Source: Sphingobacteriales bacterium
GTDB lineage: Bacteria; Bacteroidota; Bacteroidia; Chitinophagales; LD1
Length of the DNA: 64,000 nt
Assembly (NCBI GenBank): GCA_018262795.1
Contig: JADFDM010000011.1
Location: forward strand, 44,143-108,142
Direction: 5' to 3'
The translations under genes were made by a program, and so were the position numbers. The notes under the pieces are model-generated. The model worked only from the letters and a program-made list of their open reading frames with translations, was not told where the DNA came from and did no database searches. This document shows, piece after piece, positions 10,139 to 18,260 of this stretch. The first letter of the stretch is position 1, and each line of letters opens with the position of its first letter.

Positions 10139-11149
10139 ATGAAACTATTTAGCACTCTACTCATGGCAATTCTTTTTTCGAGCCGCATCTCAGCGCAGGC
10201 AGATGTGCTGGACGATTTGATGAAAGAGGAAAAACCCAAAAAGGAATTTGTCGCCTACACCTTTAAAGGAACACGAATCATCAGCGGCCATTCTATTGAA
10301 ACGGTAAAAAGACAAGCACTTGATTTTCGCATCAGCCACCGCTTTGGCGATATGGCGGCTACCAACAACGATCATATCCATTCCTTGTTTGGCTTTGACC
10401 AAGCAGCCGATATTTTATTTGCCCTCGAATATGGTGTTACCGATGATTTAACCGTGGGCATGGGTCGTGCTAAGGGAGCAGGGCCGGTGCACCAGTTATG
10501 GAATGTGAACATAAAATACCGTGCGTTGAAGCAGACGAAAGATTTTAAATCTCCCTTCACCATTACCATGTTTGCCAATGCTTCTATTACCAGTATGCAG
10601 AACTCGAAAGACCCTACAGCGTTGGATTATTTCCCTAAAAATAGCTACAAGGGTTTTGCCGACCGCATGTCGTACACCTTGCAAGCGCTCGTGGCTTGCA
10701 AAATCACCTCTTGGCTTTCGCTGCAATTATCGCCCACCTTTGTGTGGAGAAACAGAGTGCCTTACAACGATAAGAACGGCATGTTTTTTCTGGGCTTTTC
10801 GGGCAGGGCTAAGTTTAACCAGCGTACCGGATTTATCTTTGAATATTTCCTCCCCATCATGAAGCCGGGAATAGGTGGCAGAGAATACTTCCCGATGGTG
10901 CGAGGTATGAAAAACGCAGCTTATTATCCCTCTGTTAACCTGGGCTTTGAATTTGAAACAGGCGGACACATTTTTGATGTGAACTTTACCAACTCGCGCG
11001 GCATGTTAGAGCAGGATTTTCTACCCTACAATACCGCGAACTGGCTGCAAGGTGCTTTCCGCTTGGGCTTTACCATTTCGAGAACTTTCCAGCTCAACAA
11101 AAAAGGCGGGAAGTACTGGAAGAAGGGGAGTGTAGAAGACGGGAAGTAA
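10139..11149 (+). CDS. outer-membrane beta-barrel protein (DUF5777-like)
   Basis: The track start at 10097 lies inside the hairpin. The ATG at 10139 gives MKLFSTLLMAILFSSRISAQ (signal), 336 aa. The alternating beta-strand pattern ends in ...GFTISRTF. The family assignment is from memory of a YceI-neighbour family. Confidence 0.6.
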   Translation: MKLFSTLLMAILFSSRISAQADVLDDLMKEEKPKKEFVAYTFKGTRIISGHSIETVKRQALDFRISHRFGDMAATNNDHIHSLFGFDQAADILFALEYGVTDDLTVGMGRAKGAGPVHQLWNVNIKYRALKQTKDFKSPFTITMFANASITSMQNSKDPTALDYFPKNSYKGFADRMSYTLQALVACKITSWLSLQLSPTFVWRNRVPYNDKNGMFFLGFSGRAKFNQRTGFIFEYFLPIMKPGIGGREYFPMVRGMKNAAYYPSVNLGFEFETGGHIFDVNFTNSRGMLEQDFLPYNTANWLQGAFRLGFTISRTFQLNKKGGKYWKKGSVEDGK

Positions 11150-11324
11150 TCCGTCCGCTACCTTTCTTTTTATTGACCCAAAAACAAAAATCTACTTCTC
11201 CAGCACTGTACTATTTCAACCCGTCACAATGACGAGTGTTGCCTGTCAGTTGTTATTTCTTAAAGGGAATTGTAACTGACGAACCGCTATTTAGTTGATG
11301 ACTTAGAGCTACTTAGAAAAGGTA

Positions 11325-12227
11325 TTAGTAGTTGACATGCGCAAATACCCAAAGGCAAAATGTGACGAATGGAACGGTGAAAAAATATGCATCAAAGCGA
11401 TCGAGAAAGCCACCGTGCCCCGGCATAAATGAACCGGAGTCTTTTATCTGAAGGCTGCGCTTTAGCATAGATTCTACAAGGTCGCCAAATGTGGCACTGA
11501 AAATGATGACTACGGATAGTATCAGCCACTCGGCACGTGAGTACATTTGTAAGGCCGGGATAAGAGTCAGAAACCAAGAAGCGGCAAGAGTGATGACGGC
11601 ACCACCAAGCAAACCTTCGATAGTTTTCTTGGGAGAAATTCTTTCAATCAGCTTGTGCTTGCCGAATAAGGACCCCACTGAATAGCAAGCTGAATCGTAA
11701 AACCAAATGATACCGAACAGTGCTACTAAAAACGCACCTCCGTTGAGGGAATAAATATTGTTAGTGAGCACCATCGGAATTAAAAGATAGACGACTGCTA
11801 TGATATTCCATCCCAAATTTTGGAAGGGTTTTTCTCCCTTTGAAAATAACTCTATTATGAAAAGCCCAAAAATGAGCATGGGGATAATAGTCGTTAAGGT
11901 AAGTGTTGCATCGCGTTGCAGTAATACTTTTTGGAGAATAGATTTTATCGGATTCTCGGTATCCGAAAATATGATTACAGACTCTGAAGAGAGTAAAAAT
12001 GAAATCCAGTAAACGAGTGTAAATAAAGTGATCAGCACTATTTTGTTGTTGAACTTAAAGGTGGAGTTTTCCTTTTTGCCGGCAATGATGTTGAAGTATT
12101 CGTTAGTACTCCCAATTAAAATGACAGACATGACTACCAGAAAGGAAAGTGGATGAAACAAGATGCCGCCAATCATGACAATGGCAAACACCAAACCGGA
12201 TGCAGCCCGTATAAAAAGATTTTTCAT
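11325..12227 (-). CDS. cdsA: phosphatidate cytidylyltransferase
   Basis: 300 aa, polytopic. The CTP-transferase signature is SMLKRSLQIKDSGSFMPGHGGFLDRFD. Confidence 0.9.
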   Translation of the reverse strand: MKNLFIRAASGLVFAIVMIGGILFHPLSFLVVMSVILIGSTNEYFNIIAGKKENSTFKFNNKIVLITLFTLVYWISFLLSSESVIIFSDTENPIKSILQKVLLQRDATLTLTTIIPMLIFGLFIIELFSKGEKPFQNLGWNIIAVVYLLIPMVLTNNIYSLNGGAFLVALFGIIWFYDSACYSVGSLFGKHKLIERISPKKTIEGLLGGAVITLAASWFLTLIPALQMYSRAEWLILSVVIIFSATFGDLVESMLKRSLQIKDSGSFMPGHGGFLDRFDAYFFTVPFVTFCLWVFAHVNY

Positions 12228-13171
12228 GAGTCAGGTAATTCGTTATCAGATACCATTTCAACCTCTGGTTCTTCAAAGCTGGGCGCTATTCTCCATTTGT
12301 AGAATAGATAAATACAGCCTGAAAAAAGTAGCATAGATGTAAGGGTCAGATACCAAGGTGTGGCTGCTTCTGCAAAGTCAGTGCTGATAACTCCGATATT
12401 GAACAAATACTTTAAAAGCACTGTGAGAAAATTATTAGTGAAGTGTGCTACAATGGGAACCCACAAGCTTCCGGAAACGTAGTAGAGATACCCCAGAAAA
12501 GATCCCAGCACCCAGATGGCTAATGTGTTATTGAATTCAAAATGGGCTAAGGCAAAGAAGAGTCCGGAAAGAGCAATTGCAAATACGGGGTTCACTTTAT
12601 TTTTGAGCATATCTCCCAAAAAAAGTCCTCTGAAAAAAAACTCTTCAGCAAAGGCGGGCACTATCGCTAATACGAAGGTGGTGAACAGTAATCGGGGCAC
12701 GTCTTTAAAATCCATTAAAGCATTGGTAATGGCCGCTATCTTCTTTTGGTATTCATCTACTACCGAGGCGGGGAAGGGCAACTTGCTGTTTACTTCTACC
12801 AAAAATTCGATAAAGAATTGAGCGGCTACCATAGCGAAAATTCCCAGCACTATAAATTTGATACCGACAGGGCTTTTTAATCGCAAATGCTCCAATGGCT
12901 TTCCTGATTCTAATGCGGAGAACAGATAAGCGGTGAGCAAAAAACTTCCTAAAGAAGTAATAGCCTGATAAAAAAGAAAGGCTTTAATGTCATTCGCACC
13001 CGTGAAAACACCCTCCACTACCTTTTCCGGCTTTTCAACTCCAAAAAGCCCATGTAAAGAAAGGTACCCAAAATAGGAAACTACACTCATGAACACCATG
13101 AGCAGTGAGAACATCAGAATAGATTTTAAAATAACGGGGAATTGTTTCAGCGGTGGATTCATCTTGCCCAA
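12224..13171 (-). CDS. CPBP family intramembrane glutamic endopeptidase (CAAX protease-like)
   Basis: 315 aa, polytopic, with motifs AFAEEFFFRG, FALAHFEF and VAHFTNNF. There is a 4-nt overlap with cdsA. Confidence 0.85.
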   Translation of the reverse strand: MGKMNPPLKQFPVILKSILMFSLLMVFMSVVSYFGYLSLHGLFGVEKPEKVVEGVFTGANDIKAFLFYQAITSLGSFLLTAYLFSALESGKPLEHLRLKSPVGIKFIVLGIFAMVAAQFFIEFLVEVNSKLPFPASVVDEYQKKIAAITNALMDFKDVPRLLFTTFVLAIVPAFAEEFFFRGLFLGDMLKNKVNPVFAIALSGLFFALAHFEFNNTLAIWVLGSFLGYLYYVSGSLWVPIVAHFTNNFLTVLLKYLFNIGVISTDFAEAATPWYLTLTSMLLFSGCIYLFYKWRIAPSFEEPEVEMVSDNELPDS

Positions 13172-13244
13172 ACATAATTACTATTTGTGAACTCCTCAAC
13201 TTCGCAGCCAAGCCTTGTGATGTGAAGTGAGCTTTGGGGAAGTC

Positions 13245-13281
13245 TAAAAAACATAAGACCCCGAATTGCTTCGGGGTCTTC
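13245..13281 (-). terminator. rho-independent terminator of the efflux operon
   Basis: The minus strand reads AAGACCCCGAagcaatTCGGGGTCTT followed by atgTTTTTT. It lies 25 nt after the TolC-like stop. Confidence 0.75.
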
Positions 13282-13305
13282 CACACATGCTAACCAAAAT
13301 ACACA

Positions 13306-14616
13306 CTACCAAAATTTGACGCTTCCAAGCCTGTTTAAAGCCAGTTTTGAAAGCAATAAATTGTACTCTAATTGAATTTCACCGAGTCGAGAATCCTGCA
13401 AGTTAGTTTGTGCTGTCAGTAATTCCAAATTTGTAATCACTCCACCTTTATACCTAGCGTTGGCAAGATTCAGCGCTTCCTCTGCTTGTGCTACTTGTAA
13501 CTTGTAATTTTGCAGCTTTTGCTCCGTAGAAGAAATATCGCTTTGCGCCTGCAAGATATCCTTATTCAAGGAAAGTTTTTGCGATTCGAGTGAATAAGTG
13601 TTTGCCTGTAGGTTGATCTTTGCAATTTTTGTCTGATAGTTTGGTCGCACCGCACTAAATATTGGAACATTCAGCCCTACCCCTAAATTATAGTTAAACA
13701 GCAGTTTGTTTACATCGGGCACAAAACCATTTTTATAGCCTACTGTAGCATTGGCAACCACACTGGGCAACCATCCGCGTTTGGCAATTTTAATGTCCCA
13801 AGCCGCTCCGGTCAGTTTATCCTGTATCAGTTTTATGTCAAGGTTATTATCGGGATTCACTTCATTGGCTGCAAAAACTTTATCATCTATTTGTTTGGTG
13901 TGGATGTAATCAAAGGTAGAGTCTCCGGTCATCATATTTAACAGTTGGTATTGCTTGTGAAGCAAGGTTTGTAAATCTACCAAACGGTTACTCGCAATAT
14001 TTTTGCGCACCTGCGTACTGAGCAAATCATATTTGAGAGCATCGCCATTTTTTAATTTGGCACTGATAAAGTTTTCATTTGAATCGAGCAGATTAATTTG
14101 TTCTTGCTGCACTTCCAAACTTTTGTTCAGAAAAACTATTCCAAAATAAACCTGCGCTACCTCATAGGCCAATAGGTTAGTGGAATTCTCAAGATTGTCT
14201 TTTGCGGAAACGATGTCACTTTTGGATTTATTGACTGAAGCCTGTGTTCTTCCAAAATCATAAATGGGTTGTGTGAGTGCCAGCCTGAAGTCGTAATTGT
14301 TTTCGGGGAAGAAGGAAAACTCTTCTAACTGACCGTTGATGGGGAAGGCGATAGACGGAGTCGGTTTGCCATACCGATAGGAGGCTTCCCCGCTGAGGAT
14401 AGGCATATACAAGCTGTTGGCCAAATCCTTTTTCACCTGACTCAACTTTACATACTCATTCCCTTCTTTTAGTTTGGGATAATTAGTTACCGCCTGATGA
14501 ATTAGGTCTGACAGTTGAGAAGGCACTGTGGGCGATTGTCCGCATAAAGACTGCACCACCGGTAGAAGCACTGCTAAGAACAGCCCCCCTCTTTTTATTT
14601 TTCTATTCATTCTCAT
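13306..14616 (-). CDS. TolC family outer-membrane efflux protein
   Basis: 436 aa with a signal peptide and two OEP-type coiled repeats. It is the last gene of the emrA/emrB-like operon. Confidence 0.85.
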   Translation of the reverse strand: MRMNRKIKRGGLFLAVLLPVVQSLCGQSPTVPSQLSDLIHQAVTNYPKLKEGNEYVKLSQVKKDLANSLYMPILSGEASYRYGKPTPSIAFPINGQLEEFSFFPENNYDFRLALTQPIYDFGRTQASVNKSKSDIVSAKDNLENSTNLLAYEVAQVYFGIVFLNKSLEVQQEQINLLDSNENFISAKLKNGDALKYDLLSTQVRKNIASNRLVDLQTLLHKQYQLLNMMTGDSTFDYIHTKQIDDKVFAANEVNPDNNLDIKLIQDKLTGAAWDIKIAKRGWLPSVVANATVGYKNGFVPDVNKLLFNYNLGVGLNVPIFSAVRPNYQTKIAKINLQANTYSLESQKLSLNKDILQAQSDISSTEQKLQNYKLQVAQAEEALNLANARYKGGVITNLELLTAQTNLQDSRLGEIQLEYNLLLSKLALNRLGSVKFW

Positions 14617-14627
14617 ATTCCAATTAT

Positions 14628-16193
14628 TTAGTGAGCTGCCTCTGCGGCTACTTTCTGCGCAGCGGCTGTCAACGTTTTATCTTTTAGAAAAAATATGAAA
14701 GGAAATACTGCCAGCACCACTACCACCGAAAACAAAAACGCATCGGCATAAGTGAGTAAGTAGGCTTGTTTCATAACATTCAAATCCATCAGTTGATACG
14801 CCTGTTGCTGTGCCATGGCTGGCACTGCGACTTTTGACATAAGGCCATGAACTATCGAAGTGTTTTTATCTAAAAAGTTCAATGAATCAGTGGTGATGTT
14901 GCTGATGAGGTCGTTTCGGTGAATGGCAAAGCGTTGTGATACGAAATAATTGATAATCGCAATGCCGAAAGCACCGCCCAACTGGCGCATCATATTGTTG
15001 AGCGCTACTCCCTGAGGTATATCGCGCGGATGAAGGCCTACTACTGCTTGGTTAGTGAGGGTAACGGCCATCATGGAAATGCCGGCAGTGCGCACCATCA
15101 AAGGCAGGAAGAAGTCGTCCATCCCCACATTGATGTTGGTGCGATTGTAAAGCATCACTCCGTAAACCATCACCAGAATAAATCCTCCGATAATAAAGAG
15201 CTTGGGCGAATCTCCGGCTTGTAATCGCTTGCCGACTATGGGCATCACAATCAAAGAAGCCAACGCGCTTGGCATCAGCGACATGCCCACCATAGTGGGA
15301 GTGTAGCCCAATACGCGCTGTAGTAAAAGGGGGTAGATAAAGATGGAGGTGAACAGAGCAAATCCGGAAATGAAAGTGAGGATAGTGGTGAGGGTAAGGT
15401 TGGGGTCTTTCAGCAAACGCAGATTCACCACGGGGTGCTCCTGCTTTAATTCCCACCAAATAAACGAAACGATGCCCACCACCGCGCTGATCGCTAAAAT
15501 CCGAATGCCTCCATCTTCCAACCAATCTTTGGCCTCGCCTCTTTCTAATACATATTGCAACGAGCCAATCCCGATGACCAAGAGCAGAATTCCGGTCCAG
15601 TCTATTACGGGTTTTCCACTGTGATGCACCGAATCATCAATAAATGAATAGGTAAGAAAGGCCGCTAAAATGCCAAAGGGGATATTGATATTGAAGATGA
15701 GCGGCCATGAATAATGGTCAATAATTAAGCCGCCTAAGGTAGGGCCGAGTGTAGGCCCCATTACAATTCCCATTCCGAATACCGCAGAGGCCGTTCCTCT
15801 TTGATCTATCGGAAAGGTATCGAATAAAATAGCTTGAGAAGTGGATAAAAGCGCCCCTCCTCCAATGCCCTGTACAAAGCGCCACAGCACCAACTCCCAA
15901 AGGGTGGAAGAGTTGCCACACATAAAAGAAGCGGCTGTAAAGATGAGGATAGAATAGAGATAGTAATTCTTTCGCCCGAAGTATTGCGAAAGAAATCCCG
16001 TCATGGGAATGATGATAACATTTGCAATGGCATAGGCGGTAATCACCCAACTCACATCTTCGATAGTTGCTCCCAAGTTTCCTGCCATTTCCGTCAGGGC
16101 CACATTCACAATAGAGGTATCAATCAACTCCATGATGGCAGCCGAGATGGTGGTAAAGACAATAATGATTTTTGCAAATCTCTTAATGCCCAT
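14628..16193 (-). CDS. DHA2 (EmrB/QacA) family MFS drug efflux permease, 14-TMS type
   Basis: 521 aa. The N-terminus is IDTSIVNVAL...WVITAYAIANVIIIPMTGFLSQYFGRK and motif C-like GGALL is present. Confidence 0.88.
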   Translation of the reverse strand: MGIKRFAKIIIVFTTISAAIMELIDTSIVNVALTEMAGNLGATIEDVSWVITAYAIANVIIIPMTGFLSQYFGRKNYYLYSILIFTAASFMCGNSSTLWELVLWRFVQGIGGGALLSTSQAILFDTFPIDQRGTASAVFGMGIVMGPTLGPTLGGLIIDHYSWPLIFNINIPFGILAAFLTYSFIDDSVHHSGKPVIDWTGILLLVIGIGSLQYVLERGEAKDWLEDGGIRILAISAVVGIVSFIWWELKQEHPVVNLRLLKDPNLTLTTILTFISGFALFTSIFIYPLLLQRVLGYTPTMVGMSLMPSALASLIVMPIVGKRLQAGDSPKLFIIGGFILVMVYGVMLYNRTNINVGMDDFFLPLMVRTAGISMMAVTLTNQAVVGLHPRDIPQGVALNNMMRQLGGAFGIAIINYFVSQRFAIHRNDLISNITTDSLNFLDKNTSIVHGLMSKVAVPAMAQQQAYQLMDLNVMKQAYLLTYADAFLFSVVVVLAVFPFIFFLKDKTLTAAAQKVAAEAAH

Positions 16194-16196
16194 CGC

Positions 16197-17243
16197 TTAG
16201 TATTTTACAGATACATCGAGGCTCATGCCTGCGCGAAGCTTATCCTTTACCGCAGCCAGATCTTCTATCTCTACTTTTACCGGAATCCGCTGGGTAACTT
16301 TTACAAAATTTCCGGTGGCATTGTCGGGAGGGAGCAAGGAAAACTTGGCCCCTGTTGCATCTGAAAACGAAACGATTTTCCCTTTTATCTTTAAGTCGGG
16401 ATAGGCATCGAGGGTGAGAATGGCTTCTTTCCCTACTCCCAAATGCTCTAACTGTGTTTCTTTGAAATTGGCAACTACCCAAAAATCTTCATCATTCACC
16501 ACCGTAAATAGGGGAGTGCCGGCCTGCACAAACTGCCCTACATCAATGTTGCGCTTTCCAATTTTTCCATCGCTGGTAGAATAAATTTTTGTGTAGCTCA
16601 GTTTTAACTGCTGTTGCTCTACTCCGGCTTTCTTTACTTCAATAATTGCCTGTGCTTTTTTCAACTGTGCGTCCGCCACCGCGATTCTCGATTGCGCTAC
16701 CTTTACTTCATCTGCCGTAGCCTCATACTGCCGGCTCACAATGTCCAAATTTGCTTTTGAGTCCTCCAATTGTTTTTGGGTGATGGCAGCATCCTTATAA
16801 AGAGAAAGGTCTCGTTGATAATCCTGCTGGGCTTTGTCTTTTTTAGCAGCAATCACCTCCGAGTTAGATTTGGCAGAAGTAACGGTTGCCTGTGCATTGC
16901 TGAGAGAAGCGCGAGCATTTTCAACATCTGTTTCGGCTTGCAGCAAATCGGCTTTCATTTGTGCTAATTCTAAAGCGTATTCTGAATCATCAATCACAGC
17001 CAACAGCGAATCTTTTTTTACGATAGAATAGTCCTCTACATTCAGCGTTTGAATGTATCCCGATACGCGAGATAAAATCGGCACCATCCGTGCCTCTACC
17101 TGAGCATTGTCGGTGCTTTCGTGATGTAGGGCATGCCATACCTTTATCCCACCTACATATAACCCTATGATGGCTACTATTATTAGCAGAATGCGCACCA
17201 CCAGGGTGCGAGGTGTCATTTTTGTTTTTATCGGAGTACTCAT
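16197..17243 (-). CDS. HlyD/EmrA family membrane-fusion (periplasmic adaptor) protein
   Basis: 348 aa with a single N-terminal TM, a long coiled-coil region and a beta-barrel C-terminus. It is first in the operon with the MFS and TolC genes. Confidence 0.85.
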   Translation of the reverse strand: MSTPIKTKMTPRTLVVRILLIIVAIIGLYVGGIKVWHALHHESTDNAQVEARMVPILSRVSGYIQTLNVEDYSIVKKDSLLAVIDDSEYALELAQMKADLLQAETDVENARASLSNAQATVTSAKSNSEVIAAKKDKAQQDYQRDLSLYKDAAITQKQLEDSKANLDIVSRQYEATADEVKVAQSRIAVADAQLKKAQAIIEVKKAGVEQQQLKLSYTKIYSTSDGKIGKRNIDVGQFVQAGTPLFTVVNDEDFWVVANFKETQLEHLGVGKEAILTLDAYPDLKIKGKIVSFSDATGAKFSLLPPDNATGNFVKVTQRIPVKVEIEDLAAVKDKLRAGMSLDVSVKY

Positions 17244-17280
17244 GATCGCTGTTTTAAAATCGGGTGCAATAGTAAACCAA

Positions 17281-17313
17281 GTTGACTAAATAGTCAAGAG
17301 GGTTGACTAAATA
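17281..17313. promoter_or_regulatory. putative MarR operator (palindrome plus direct repeat) in the divergent intergenic region
   Basis: There is a perfect palindrome TTGACT-AAAT-AGTCAA at 17282-17297. GTTGACTAAATA occurs twice (17281-17292 and 17302-17313), 21 nt apart. Confidence 0.55.
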
Positions 17314-17366
17314 TTTTATTGTTAAGTTCGCCCCCTGAATCTTCGTAGTAGTTTAAGTGGTAAGGG

Positions 17367-17864
17367 ATGTTGGATAAAAAGACACAGGCTCGCTTAGAGC
17401 AATACATGGCATCGCGAAAGCGGAATATGGCTCGCCTCATTTATATTCTGAACCGATATTTTAATGAGTGGGCACAGAAAAAATGGAAGGAAGACGGCTG
17501 GGAAGATATTCGCCCTGAGCAACTGCGGCTGATCAGTATTATCAGCTTAGAGCCGGTGAATATTAATGAACTGTCGAAGCGTGCACGTGTATCAAAGCAG
17601 GCCATGAGTAAGATGGTGAGCGACCTGATTTCAAAAGGATTTATTGAATACGATACCGACCCCAAAGATTCGCGGTCTAAAATTATTTCTATTACGAAGG
17701 CAGGAGTAGAGTTTATGGATTACTTCCTTGGTTGCTCGCGGATATTGGAGAAGAATTTTGAAGAGAAGATAGGAGTAAAGAAGACGCAGCAACTGATCGC
17801 CATTCTTTCGGAGCTTACCGAAGAAATAATGGAATGTGAGCGAAAGGAATTAGAAGAGAAGTAA
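17367..17864 (+). CDS. MarR family transcriptional regulator
   Basis: 165 aa with a winged-HTH region ELSKRARVSKQAMSKMVSDLISKGFIEYDTDPKDSRSK. It is divergent from the efflux operon. Confidence 0.85.
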   Translation: MLDKKTQARLEQYMASRKRNMARLIYILNRYFNEWAQKKWKEDGWEDIRPEQLRLISIISLEPVNINELSKRARVSKQAMSKMVSDLISKGFIEYDTDPKDSRSKIISITKAGVEFMDYFLGCSRILEKNFEEKIGVKKTQQLIAILSELTEEIMECERKELEEK

Positions 17865-18074
17865 TCCACGCAAGAATAGAAGGCTTTGAGAGACCTCTGT
17901 TGCCTGTTTTCTATTTTCTGTTTAGGGGGGTACATGACTTTGTATTTCATGCGAACAAATGAAATTTTCAATCCGACACTATTTTCCAGAATCTAAAAAT
18001 CATCTAACTCTTAAGGAATGGCTGCTTAAACTTGAAGAAAATCAGGTAACTGCCAAAAAGCAGCAAATCAATTG

Positions 18075-18146
18075 TAGCTCCGCGCAGAATCGAACTGCGA
18101 TCAACGGTTCCGGAAACCATCGTTTTATCCATTAAACTACGGAGCC
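18075..18146 (-). tRNA. tRNA-Arg (anticodon CCG)
   Basis: The minus strand reads GGCTCCGTAGTTTAATGGATAAAACGATGGTTTCCGGAACCGTTGATCGCAGTTCGATTCTGCGCGGAGCTA. It folds by hand into a cloverleaf with a 7-bp acceptor (terminal G-U), a TTCGATT T-loop and the anticodon loop TTCCGGA. No CCA is encoded. Confidence 0.85.
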
Positions 18147-18205
18147 TCGTCAAATAATTGGCGGCAAATCAAATGAAAATTATTTGGTTCGGAATGATGC
18201 CCCTC

Positions 18206-18233
18206 AAAAAAATCCTGTCTTCATAGACAGATT
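18206..18233 (-). terminator. rho-independent terminator downstream of the BNR/T9SS gene
   Basis: The minus strand reads ATCTGTCTatgaAGACAGGAT followed by TTTTTTT. Confidence 0.65.
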
Positions 18234-18260
18234 TATGATTGGAGGCACTACTCAAAACGA

